Assembly: GCA_030704615.1 (NCBI GenBank)
Contig: CM060734.1
Coordinates: forward strand, 40,920,001-40,984,000
Length of the DNA stretch: 64,000 nt
Direction: 5' to 3'
From: Takakia lepidozioides
Lineage: Eukaryota > Plantae > Bryophyta
Shown: positions 24,631 through 36,462 of the stretch, one piece after another
Numbering within the stretch: the stretch's first letter is position 1
How the letters are laid out: every line of letters begins with the position of its first letter
Position numbers and translations under genes: made by a program
The notes under the pieces: model-generated
Told to the model about the DNA's origin: nothing
The model's database searches: none
Seen by the model: the letters and a program-made list of their open reading frames with translations, nothing else

Positions 24631-27600
24631 TTAACTAGTTTGAGATGGTTGGACAAAACGCTCAGTGCCAGACACCAACTTAGCTGATTTGATGACATCC
24701 CCTGTTTTTAGTTGTGAAAGAAGCTCTTTTCCTTTTGTCACATACCTGCAATATAGTACAGTGTGTGTAAGAGAGAATGAAAGAAGAAGAAAAGAAGGAA
24801 ACTGTATAACGTCTATGGAAAGTTCAAAAGATTATGGGAAAAAAGAAAGCAGAATACAAGAAGGGGGGCTGAATGTGTGGCCCTCAACAAGTGCCCAATA
24901 ACAACTATAAACGTCAAGAGATTTCTCTAAGGTGGAGAGCCTTGTGTAGACATGCTGCCAAAGAGAAATGGAAATGGTGCTTTATAACGTCCGCGGAAAG
25001 CTCGTAGAGCTTATGGGACAAAATGGAAGAAAACATGAGAGAGGAACAAATCCAGAAACCACAATTAATGTTCTAGCGATTGTCTAAGGGTGAAGGCCTC
25101 GTGTAGGTAGGCTGCCAAGCATTTTTGATCCTCATAGTGAAAGACATCAGTGAGAGTTTGGGTTCCACTGAATAAACAGTGGAATCTCCCACGGATCTCG
25201 TAGTATAGAGGGCAGTAGAAGAAGAAGTGTTCTTCAGTTTCAATTTCCTTGCTGCGCCCTATGCAAGCTGGACATAGGCTGCCAAAGAGAGAGAGGGGCA
25301 CATACTGTCTGTAGAACATCCACATAGGTTTCGAGAGAGCAATAAAAATGTCTTACCCGAAAACAGAAAATTGACCTTCCTCAAAGGAAAGCCCCCCCAG
25401 ACCAGCCTGCCACAGAATGCATCCACCACTAACTAACATGAGAAAGCTTTCCAAAGCAGAAAATCGTAGTGACAACACAGTCGCACAGAGCTCGTAGAGC
25501 CCACGAAGTTGTCAGTTTTGAAGTGCCGCAACTTGCTACATTCCTATTATTACACACGAGCTATGCTTGACTATGTAGGAGAAGTGAGAGGCAAGGAAAG
25601 GTAAGGGGGATCTCTTCAGCAAGTAATCCACTAGTCACAATCCATCCCTCTGATGAATAGGTGTATGTATTTTTATAAAGTATCGAGGAGCTATGCTGAG
25701 GGTTTCTCACGATGTGTTCCCTAAGAATCTTAGGGCCAGGTGAGACGTAAAGGATTGGTGAAAGGAGTTCCCCTGAAAATCATGGGAAGTAGAAATGGGG
25801 GTGTACAGGAAAAAATTTGCCACCAAATATTTTCTGTGTTTTATGGCGAGAGATCATACATTGCGTTTATCATAGAGGTAGAAGAAGAACTGTGAGGGAG
25901 CAGAGAAATCCTCTGAGGTCAGGTTGTGTGCCATGGCCACTGCTCCATAGACTGAGAGAGGCAGAACCGGCAGTTCACCATCCTTCACAAGACAAACCAA
26001 TTGAGGGCTAATTCATTAGAAGTAACTTTCAAACAAGATTGAATGAGAATTGAGAAGACATTGGTACCTTAACTGTGATGCATTGCCATTACAGAAGCAG
26101 TTGCATTAGATACAACAGAGAACCTAGGTGGGCTACCATATCAGGATGGAACCACCATAGATCTCCCACAACCAACCTTAAGCCCCTGGTTTGCTAGAGC
26201 TTTTGCTTCATATGACAGTTCGTGGAAACTGTAAACATGAGAGACCCAATCACTGTCACAATCTAGTAAAGACAGATGAAAGGCACCACCTGCACACTGA
26301 GTGTTGTTCTGTACAAAGGTTGGAACTCGCCAGCTGGCAAGATCTCAATGGGCAAGGTTCGTCCAACCCCTTCAAGTGTCTCAGTGTCAGACAAAATTGC
26401 TTGCTCTGTACTCCTTAGCTTTATCCCATCATACGCACCTTTCATAACCTGGGCACAACAGAATATACACGCACCTACAACCACTTTTAGAAAGGTTCTC
26501 ATCCCTCTCTCTCGCACACACACAGAAACACACACAATTCGAAAGCAAACATACATTCAATTATAAGTGCATACATTACCAGTTCTGCAAAGTTCCCTGC
26601 AGTGAGGGGCGCTGAGTAGCCATCCAGCACCACCTGTACCCCTCCACAGAACCCTACTATTGAGTGCACAATCCTCTAGTGCGATGGATGACTCCTGAAA
26701 CCTTGAGATGATGATAACTAACATCGTAGTCACCTCTGCCACTTAGATTGTCGACAGGGGCAGTGGACTCGACACTCAATAAGAAAACATTCTTGTTAGT
26801 TGCCAATGAAAATTGTCCGGCACATGCTGGTGGCTAGGGCCCTTGTCACGCCTCAGATGCGTCCTCATCAGTGAACCAGCAACCATTACTCTTTTATATT
26901 ACAGACTACACTTAATGATGCACACAGCTGTGGGTAGGGTATCCCCTTGCCAAGTGAGGATGTGGTGGCTTCGGATTCTCAAGGGGAGAAATCGGCACAT
27001 GGAGTCCTAGTCACATGCTTACTGGACGTTTAAGAACTGCCAACTTCCAAACAGGGGGAAGTAGCCCTTACAGGTCCACAGACACTGGATGTGCCTGGCT
27101 CATTCTTCTCAGTCACCAACAAGCCAACAAGCACCAAGGACATACCACAGCTTTAGTACAAGTCAGTTTCCTACCTCAAGGATGCCGACTTTTTGAGGGC
27201 CTCCTCCAGTGGCCACAGTGAAAGAAGACCCATCACCCTTTTCCAGAGTGAATTCAGCTGTTGCCCTTCCTGTCAGCCTGTGACAGTAGGATTGCATAAG
27301 GTTGAAACCATAGACTCGTATTCTGTACTATGCACACTGACAGAAACATGTGATGGTTAAATATGGGGGCCACACATAATGTTGATACGGTTTGGCCATT
27401 CAAGGACTTACCTAGGGTATTGCTGATACGGAGTGGGTACAAGAAACGCTAATCCGGGTGCCTGTAGAAGACGCAATTTTTTGTAGATTATTGATTAGAA
27501 AAGCCATGAAATGGTGCAGAAAAGACCAAAACAAATGCAGAATACTTTGACGTTAAGATCCCTGATACCTAGTGACGTCAAAAGTGCAGCTCATGACTTT

Positions 27601-30600
27601 GCCCTCTGTACTATGAGATCCGTGGGAGATTCCATTGTCTATTCCGTGGAACCCAATCTCTCACTGAGGTCTTTCACTATGAGGATCAGAAATGCTTGGC
27701 AGCCTACCTGCACGAGGCATTCACCCTTAGACAATCACTCGAACAATAGTTCTTATCTTTGACTCTGGTTTCCTGTTTTCTCTCATGTTTTTCTTTCCAT
27801 TTTGTCCCATAAGCTCTATGAGCTTCCCGCGGACGTTATAAAGCACCATTTCATTTCATTTCATTTCTCTCTCTTTCTCAAAACCATTTGGCACCCAGCT
27901 GGATTAAAATCAAGAGTAATGAATTTGAAAAAGCCTACTGTTGATGTAACAATATTTCTTCATTTTCTTCCTTTCCCGTCACCCTTCCATCTACCTCCTC
28001 ACCCTTCTCCACTCGTCGTTACGCACCATTTTATGATGAGGAATGCAAGACTGCTAGACGTCGCATCAAATTTTTACTACTTGATACCAATTCTTCTCCA
28101 GGGTCCACTAATCTTGCTCTTAAGCACTATAAGTCCCTCATTAGATCCAAAAAGCAAGCCTACACTATCAAGTTGCAATCTTCTTTCCTTGCTAAAATCA
28201 GATTTTCTCCTCGATCTTTTTGGTCCCTCCTTAAACCTCATAGAGATCCCCCCCCAATCACTGACATTCATGTCTGGCATGAGTATGCACAGTCTTTGTA
28301 CCATTCCCCAACCCAAACTCCTTCTCCTATAACCTCTAAACCCCTTCACTTCTCTCTCTTTACTACAGCCAATGTCAGTAAGGCAATCAAGAAGCTGCAA
28401 AATGGCAGAGCGGTGGACATTTCAGGACTTCAGAGTGAATTCATCAAGCATGCTGCACCTACTTTAGCCCCTTTTATAGCTAACCTCTTCAATGAGGTGG
28501 TGCAACGGGGCTTCCCAACAGAGTGGACAAAGAGCATCATCCACCCACTTTTTAAGAGCGGTGACAGGCTCGCACCGACAAACTATCGTACTATCATGGT
28601 GTCCTCATTACTTGCTAAACTGTTTGGGGCAGTAGTGGCCATGGAACTGGATGATTGGGCTGAGTACTCTCGCATTCGTGCTGAGGGACAGGCTGGTTTC
28701 CGTCGAAACCGATCCACTATTGACCACATCTTCACTCTTCAAGTTATGGTGGAAAGTGCACGCTATGACAAAAGAATGGTCTATGTTTGCTTCGTGGACT
28801 TTCACAAAGCCTTTGATTCAGTTCCTCGGGACCTTCTCTTCCAACGGCTCCATAGAGTGGAAGTCCCTCCAGACATCCTTTGTGCCATCTCTTCTATGTA
28901 TGAGATTGTCACTGGCATGGTCAACGTCGCTGGTGAATTCTCAGCCGAGATCCACAGCAACATTGGAGTCAAACAGGGCTGCCCCCTTTCACCTACCCTG
29001 TTCGGGATCTACATTGACGCCTTGGAGAATTACATATCAAAAAACCATGGGGTTGGGGTCCCATTGGATGGGGGACCAACCCAATCAGATCTCCTCTATG
29101 CTGATGATGTTGCCCTTTTGGCACAATCCCCGGTCTTTCTGCAACGCCATCTCAAAATTTTGGAACAGTTCTGCAAAGACTATGGGATGCAGGTCAATCT
29201 TAGCAAGACCAAGATCATGGTCTTCAATGGCCAGGCTGATCGTAGATTCATCTTCAACCAGCAGGAAATTGAGATTGTGAAATCATACCGGTACCTAGGT
29301 CTGGTTATCCACTCCCCCAAACTGCCTTGGACAGGTTGACTAAAGGTAAGGCGGCCTCCGTCCGCCTTCAGGCCAAATGCAAGCAAATACATCTGCGGCA
29401 TCCCCCGACCAAAAAGTGGCTGTTTGACACCGTCGTCAGCCCTGCTACCATCTATGGTTGTGAGTTCTGGGCACCTGGTGTCCCTGTCTCCTGGTGGGAA
29501 AAGAATTTGGAACCATTACAGTCATCTTTTCTCCAAGCAATGCTTGGCGCCAGGAGCACAACTCCATCTCAGATCCTAGGTGCAGAGTTCGCATGTGTAC
29601 CATTGCAATCCGAGGCCCTCTTCAGGCTTACAATCTTTCTCCATAGATTGCAGGCCCTTCCACCCAAAGGGCTAGTGGCTAGGGCCCTCACAACATCTAT
29701 GAGGCTCAAAGCTGCAGGTTTCAGGAACTCCTGGTATGCTCGAGTGGACAGTTTATTTCAACGTAACGGACTTTCTACTGCTTTCCTATTACCAATGAAC
29801 CCAGATGAGGTGGACATCACATCCAGACATGACCGCAACAGACTCATTCGGAGAGAGCTTATGGAATTACATGTCAAGAGAACTTGGATGCTACCCAATC
29901 TCACGACAAAGCTCCACTTCTATCGAGAGACATTCTTGGTGCTCCGCGATGATAGAATCTTGAGACCAAATTACCTTTCAGCACCCTTATCTCCTTCCCT
30001 CTTTTGGGCATTGGGGCGGTTCAGGGTGGGTTCCCACAACCTACGGATAGAGACTGGCAGATGGGAAAACCTGCAACGGGAGGACCGCCTATGTCCAGCT
30101 TGCATAGGGCGCAGCAAGGAAATTGAAACTGAAGAACACTTCTTCTTCTACTGCCCTCTATACTACGAGATCCGTGGGAGATTCCACTGTTTATTCAGTG
30201 GAACCCAAACTCTCACTGATGTCTTTCACTATGAGGATCAAAAATGCTTGGCAGCCTACCTACACGAGGCCTTCACCCTTAGACAATCGCTAGAACATTA
30301 ATTGTGGTTTCTGGATTTGTTCCTCTCTCATGTTTCCATTTTGTCCCATAAGCTCTACGAGCTTTCCGCGGACGTTATAAAGCACCATTTCATTTCATTT
30401 CTCTCTTCTTAGAACCTTACTCTCACCACCATATAAAGCACCATTTCATTTCATTTCTCACTGGACCATACCAAGGTCTGTTCCAAGGTAAGTCATACTA
30501 CTGGTGGCAGCCCCTGTGACACCTGACAAAGGTAGTTTCTGTCCCTTTGTGTTGCGCTCAAACTGAGCGCAGGATCAATGGCCACAAGGCTACGGCAAAC

Positions 30601-33600
30601 AACGTCTTATGAGTACATTCTCACAGGACTGTCTTTCTGTCTTTCTTATGTGGCTGTCTATGACATCCAATCGATAGCCCAGAGGGTAGGGCTTAATACC
30701 ATTGCATTAGTAGGTGATGCGAGTGGCTGTGGTTCTTTGCTGATCACATGTTGTCAGAAAAGGGTAAAGAAGTTCGCATGACTTAGTTTGCCATAGCCTT
30801 GTGGCCATAGACCCCGCGCCCAGTTCAGGCGGAACAAAAGGAACCAGAAACTACCTTTGGAAGGTAGACGCAAGTGGAAATGTAGGCTGCATGCACACAG
30901 CGCGCCAGAGACATGGGCAGAACAAGAGGGAATCAGAAAAGTGTAAAGAGAACAAAAGAAAGAAAGAAAGAAAGGAAATACCTGTATTGTTTCCAGTTGA
31001 GAAATCGTGTCAAGTGATGAGGCGAGGCGAATGGACACCTTATCAGGATCCTTGGCTGCAATGGCCTCCACCAGTGACTCTAACCCACCCTGTATACCCA
31101 TGGTTAGCTCATCTAGCACATAATCAGAGCAAGATTTTGGGATAGCCTTGGTACATTTCACCGACAAATCTTCAAACAGATGTTGCCTTGCTTATAGAAG
31201 TATTGAAAGTTGCATAGCAGGCAGCAGGAAAAGAAATTGTTGACAAATGTTGTCTTGGCAAGTTAGGTCTGGCTTCTAGAGCTTCTTCATCTGTATGCGT
31301 TCTTGTCCCATAAGCTTCTCGGGCTCCTTTTTACATGGCCACTTTCTGTCTTTCATACTTCATTGGTTGACGGGTATATGGGATAAGACGGTGATGCACC
31401 TTGCCATTAATGAGGTCATTGAAGAGCTGGGTGCCTTTGTCAACTTGATCAGGTGGCAAGGCCGCCAAAATCGAAGATTTTTCATCTGTTGCCAGCTGTC
31501 AAAACAAACACAGTTAGCCCTGCAGCAAACTTCCAGAGTTACTTTCTTAATGCATAAGGACCCGGCCACAATTTCTTAGTTAGAGAGGATGGCACCTTAC
31601 GGGGCGGGATTTTCCCACCAGGTGAGGATGGCACCTTACGGCGCGTAAGGTTCCTGCTCTTGTGAGCCGTCCGATCAAGGAAATTGCAGCCATCAAAATG
31701 CGAAATCCTTGCTGTTTCTTGACTCAGGGTGAGGCCCTCGGACGGGGGGGTTCGGGGCCTAAGGCACTTGGCTACCGCCTTCAGGAAGGCCCCCATCCTC
31801 GGGCCTCACCCTACACATGAACAATCAATGAGCAATGCAGGCCTCTGCTACATCCTCATGAATAAATGACCTAGGAGAAGGTATAAACTATACTCATGTT
31901 ATGTGTTCAAATAAGTACCCATGTAAGTTTAGGTCTGTTGTAATTGGCAAATCCTGACAGAGCCGAGCGGCACCTCGCATAAACGGGCACCTTTAACATG
32001 TTCAGATTATTACCAAGAACCATTCTGATTCCCAAACTCTACTGGTAGAAACAGTTTCCCACAGGTCTCGACACCTGTCAAGCCAGGCTACCAGATGACC
32101 AGTTTACCTGCTGACCAACTTTGCAGCTGGATTGAGTACATAGAGCAGCTGTCTCTTTGGGAAAAATGTCCATATTAGCATATAGAAGCCTTTACCGCAC
32201 GGGATTACTAGGACATGGAACACTTTGCCCTAACATACAACAAAGTTGAACCATCAAATTACTGAAAGACACAGCATAACCCTGCCTATCGGCCATAGTA
32301 TCCAGGTAATATCCAAGCCAAATACGCGGGGAGACTTTCAAGAAGAGGACAGCAGCAGGTAGCCCAGACTTACCTTGATGGCCTTCTTGACATCACTATC
32401 CATAGTACCATATGGTTTACGCTGAGGAATTCGGAGAAGATAGAAAATGTCCTCCAGTGATTCCTGTAAGAGTACATATTACTGGATGTATGTAAGTGAA
32501 AGAGTGAGAGGGAATGAAATGAATGACATGACATGGAACTTTATAACGTCCGCAGAAAGCTCAAAGAGCTTATGGGACCAAAAAAAAACAAGAAACAAGA
32601 AAGAATAAAAGACAGCGAAGCCAGAAGCAGCGCAAAAGCAACTAGGGAGAAAGAAAGACTGGGCTGCCTCTGGACAAAGTAGATCTAACTACAGGAGAAT
32701 TAGTAAGGGGAAAGAAACACATTACATCCTCTGGCAGCAGAGAAAATCGTAGTCATTTACCCAGGGTACGGGCACAGTTTCTTCTGCAACAATCTCTCTC
32801 CCAGAGGCTGTTGTCGGACTTCCAAAGGTAAGGAAACTCAGCATGACAGTGCCTTCACTCAACCACAGCAGAGAGAAAGAGAAGGAGAAATTTGGAGGAA
32901 AGAATGGATAATAACCGTCTAAAAACATATAACTAAAGAATGTAAGGAGAAACAACTGCACCTGCATCTTCTTCATTGCCACATTTACTGCTGGAATAGC
33001 CCTTCGTAGAGCAACTTCAGGAGACCGGGGCACCTTCGTGTCTGGTGAGTAAAGTACTGCCTCTGCTGTGCCCATTGGTGCACCATAGGGGATTGGTGCA
33101 GCAGCTTGGATTATAACCAAGAGGACCGCAACAGCTCGTCTCAGTGCCCAAGTCTTCCATGGTTGCTGAGGGGGATTTGAGGAAGGCTGTCGCCATGCTG
33201 ACTGCTTGCAATTCTGCATTCAATTTTCTTCCAAGATGACCAGCCTGTGTTAACCCTTTAACACTAGGGTACAAGCTTAGTTAGGTCATTAAAAACTCAT
33301 TGTGTTGACACACCAAATCCCACTCACAGCATGTAGTAAACACCACTCTTAATCCTCTTTAAAGAAGAAGCCTTGTGGCCATCGACCCTCTGCCCAGTTT
33401 GGGCGGAATAAGACACTACCTTTGTGAGGGGCTCACTCCAGAAGTGGGACTTACCTTGATATAAAAAATTAGTTCGGGCTTTCCAGGTTACCTCTAGAAA
33501 TCTTCACACAAGCATCAATCTGCTGTGTGTGAGCTGCCCAATAACAGGGCCAGGGCTTGAGGCTCAGCCTTTGTGAAAAGAGGTGCAGGGACTATGTACT

Positions 33601-34896
33601 TGATGGTCCTGACGAGGCTTGCTCTCTGATAGGAATTCCCCGGATATTGTATCAGAAAATGGAGAGAGAGAATGTACTCATAAGACTTTGTTTGCCGTAG
33701 CCTTGTGGCCATAGACCCCAAAACTGGGAGAAGAGAGAGAGAGAGAAGAGGGCCACCCAAAAGGGAGAGAGATGGCACACATTCATCAAACATACAAAAA
33801 GTTTGGATGTAACATCAATAACACCTGTACTATCTGGAGCAGGCATATGGCTGGATGTTTCTCAACAAGACCAGGGAAGAAGTGACATTTGTGAGAAGAT
33901 TTATGAATTGCCTTAGACAGGTGCAGTAGCTTTGAGGATGTGGACCCTGCCGGGAAAAACACCTCTCTGGCAATGCCAGTGTAGAACTAACATGAATATT
34001 GAACCAGCCAGAAATAACCATTGAAAGATTGAGCTGCACAGTAGAAGCAAATTTCTACTGAAAATGTGCTATTGACAGTAAACACCATGAGGCCCCGAAA
34101 TTCCCATGGCATGTGCACACGGCCAACGACAATGCGAATTGGGTGTTTATTGAATTGAAGGGCTGGCACAGTAGTAAGTGCGATGCTGATGCGAGCAAGG
34201 CTACTCCAGGCCCCTAATTTACAGAAATATGCCATATTGGACACGATTACACGTGCTGGTCGAGACAGAGACAGAGAGAATTTACTCATAAGCTTCCCGT
34301 AGCCCTGTGGCCATAGACCCCGTGCCCAGTTTGGGCGGAACGAAAGGGGTGACTTACCTTGATAGAGACAGTTAGTTCGGGTTTTCCAGATGTCCTCTAG
34401 AAAGCCCTTCACACAAGCATCAACTTGCTGTGTGTGAGCTGCCCAGCAACTAGACCCCAAAAGGACCAGTGCTTTAGGCTCAGCCTCAAGTTTTTGAAAG
34501 TTGGTGAACATAGGTGCAGGGACAACGTTCTTGATTGTCTGGACTAGGATCAATCTCTGGTGAGAATATCCCGGACTATGTATCAGAAATGGTCTAGCGA
34601 GAGAGCGAGAGAGAGCGAAGGAGAGAGAGAGAGACCTCAGATTCAACTGGTGTGTCACATTCGGTGATGAATTCCACCAGCGCGGTCTGAGTAGCCGCAT
34701 CCCCTTGCCAGTCTTCCTCCTTGCTAGGAATCCATGCCGCTGCCCTAGTACCTAGACTACAGGGGGTAGTTTTCAAAGGAAGTTGGCAGGTGAAGCGCGA
34801 GAGACTTCGCCTCAATTTGTTGGCATTGTATGGTTCCTTCCAATAATTAGGACAGTGTGGGAAAGATGGGGTTGCTGCTGACAACAGCATTGCCAT
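24631..34896 (-). CDS. CYP37: Chloroplast cyclophilin CYP37; exons 33213-32962, 32463-32374, 31495-31400, 31089-30982, 27461-27412, 27277-27175, 26633-26580, 26448-26290, 25982-25860, 25406-25357, 24745-24631; probable first exon 34896-34636 (N-terminal exons uncertain)
   Basis: Spliced protein VLYSPDTKVPRS.EVALRRAIP...ESLEDIFYLLRIPQRKPYGTM...DPDKVS...DGYSAPLTAGNF...DGELPVLPLSVYGAVAMAH...GLGGLSFEEGQFSVFGY...KTGDVIKSAKL matches Arabidopsis CYP37 as recalled. GT-AG junctions are in phase; 34896-34636 is a transit-peptide-like exon ending at GT. Confidence 0.92.
24967..25277 (-). mobile_element. 5'-truncated LINE family A copy with 13-bp TSD (last CYP37 intron)
   Basis: Identical C-terminus (CPAC...RQSLEH) and 3' UTR; TSD GCTGCCAAAGAGA at 24954-24966 and 25278-25290. 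Confidence 0.93.
27600..27866 (+). mobile_element. Older 3' fragment of LINE family A
   Basis: Diverged match to the ORF end and 3' UTR with a (CATTT)4 tail followed by CTCTCTCT. Confidence 0.85.
27960..30402 (+). mobile_element. LINE family A (RTEX-like), 5'-truncated, RT ORF broken by a small deletion near 29320
   Basis: FYDEECK upstream, then NYRTI, QAGFR, FVDFHKAFDSV, GVKQGCPLSP, YADD, YRYLG and a C-terminal CCHC; ORFs 28173-29339 and 29327-30301; (CATTT)n tail. Confidence 0.93.
30432..30459 (+). mobile_element. Tail-only fragment of LINE family A
   Basis: tataaagcaccatttcatttcatttctc repeats the extreme 3' end just downstream of the large copy. Confidence 0.7.
30531..30860. mobile_element. 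Two short LINE family B 3'-end copies in inverted orientation (30531-30620 +, ~30780-30860 -)
   Basis: Both match ggtagtttctg...aactg.gcgc.gg.tc.atggccacaaggcta.ggcaaac. Confidence 0.8.
31585..31800. mobile_element. Possible MITE (GAGGATGG...CCATCCTC)
   Basis: Imperfect ~25-bp inverted ends, with the left end repeated internally at 31624. No TSD seen. Confidence 0.35.
32512..32580 (-). mobile_element. Diverged 3'-UTR fragment of LINE family A
   Basis: ttataacgtccgcagaaagctc..agagcttatgggac plus a degenerate (AAATG) tail. Confidence 0.7.
33365..33730 (-). mobile_element. Tandem LINE family B fragments (33365-33661 and 33670-33730)
   Basis: Match the C-terminal and 3' UTR sequence of the 50388-51737 LINE; separated by (GA)n. 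Confidence 0.8.
34280..34592 (-). mobile_element. LINE family B 3' fragment
   Basis: Encodes ...EAEPKAL.LLG...HTQQVDACVKGFLEDIWKTR, as in ORF 50394-50675, plus the 3' UTR; flanked by GA-rich tracts. Confidence 0.85.
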
Positions 34897-35862
34897 CAAC
34901 AACTCACAGATGTGGAGACCAGACAGGAGGCAGCTGGAACATCAAACTCTGGGTCTTTTTAGAGGCTGTAATATGGCCTACCAACCTGATCTCCCCTGCT
35001 GCTTGGAAAGCTTCAGCTGCGATTATCGGTGTGTCTCCTTGGAGAGAACATGGCAGATTTCGCAGATTTTAATGCTAGCCGGTGTGAGCAGGGAAGAAAC
35101 TGGAGAGAGGATAAGATGGGCAATGGGGAGAGACTGGAAATCGAGTATAACACCCCCTTCTCTCACAGAAAAATTCTCTTTACTCTCTAAGTGTAAAGAG
35201 TATCAGTTTCACCTCACATCTTCTCAACCTTGATAAAAAATTACTTATCAGGAATCCTGATAGTTCTTCCTTGTTCATCTGGAGGGAGATTTGAGCTCTG
35301 GACCTCATGGAGGATGTCCTATCCTCATCTAGGGGTCCTTCTCTTAAACGCTCAACTAATTTAGGAAAGTTGGTGTTCAGAGGGAGAGTTTGTGGAGGGA
35401 GAGTTGTACAGGGAGAGTTTGTTGTAAACTTGTAACTACCCACCTCTTTATGTTGTCCAGCCATCTCTTCAAATCCAAGATTCTCTCATCCCCATTTCAA
35501 CGCTTAGTCTACCTTCCCCAATAAAGCATTCCAAAGAGGAAGTGCCAACCCTAACAAGTCCACAATCGAGCAGCCCTTACTCTTGGTGAATACTGAAGCT
35601 GTTTCTTCAACACCCACTAGTCTGGTGAAGATGGCACACGAGTGTGATTTGTGCTGTCACCAGTCCAAACTATGATGTCGCTTATATAGTTCTTCCGCAT
35701 GTTCACCTTTGGTTAATGCAATCTGTGAGTATGATGTGATTTAAGAGTTCCAACAAGTCAACATGTCGGATTTCCAGACGATCCAGGATTGAGAATGTTT
35801 TATAACAACCCATCCATCGTACATACCCTTAGGTGGAAGAGAAAGATATAAGATATAGAACG

Positions 35863-36462
35863 ATGATGACGTCGAGCAAGATTCAGGAGCGAGAGGCCAG
35901 GCAGAATTTGCCGAATGTATGGCACTCTTCACTCTCGGCAACCATTGTGAACGACCCTCTCTTCTGCTGTTTCACACTTCTTTGCCCACCATGTGCTTCA
36001 TATTTCTTGCGGGGAAGGGTTCTGTACAACGATTGGTCACGATACGTATGTTGTGGAGGGGGCATGCCTTGTAGTGGCAATTGCGGGGAGAGAAATTGCC
36101 CACAAGCTTGTGCTATGCTTGAGGCTTGCTGTTGCTTCGGAATGTCAGTGTCTTCCACGAGATTCATGATCCAAGATGCTCACCAAATCCAGAACACCCC
36201 GTGCGACAACTGCATCATTGCCACTATGTATGTTGCTCAGTGTTGCAATTGTATCTGTCAGCTACTTGCTTGCCTAACTGACGTGCCCTTTTTCCAAGAA
36301 GCTGCAGACGTCACCGGCTGCGTTGCCGATGTCTCATACTGTACAGTGTGTTCCTGCATTCAGACCCAGCACAAAGTGGAGCTTGACAAAAGAGATGGCA
36401 AGCTCTCCAGCCCCCGTGGTGCCAATGTACCTCCGCAGATGCAAGAGATGTCCAGATACTAA
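35863..36462 (+). CDS. PLAC8-family Cys-rich protein, single coding exon
   Basis: DPLFCC...CPPCASY.LR.RVLYNDWSRYVCCGG.MPCSG.CGE..CP...STRF.IQD...NTPCDNCII...QTQHKVELDKRDG is characteristic of a plant PLAC8 subfamily. Confidence 0.88.
   Translation: MMTSSKIQEREARQNLPNVWHSSLSATIVNDPLFCCFTLLCPPCASYFLRGRVLYNDWSRYVCCGGGMPCSGNCGERNCPQACAMLEACCCFGMSVSSTRFMIQDAHQIQNTPCDNCIIATMYVAQCCNCICQLLACLTDVPFFQEAADVTGCVADVSYCTVCSCIQTQHKVELDKRDGKLSSPRGANVPPQMQEMSRY

Noticed and set aside
14444-30402. Age paradox: host LINE looks younger (~0.6% vs its sister copy) than the nested LTR pair (~1.8%)
   Set aside because: Hand counts are small (about 8 vs 13-14 changes) and compatible with sampling noise and rate variation.
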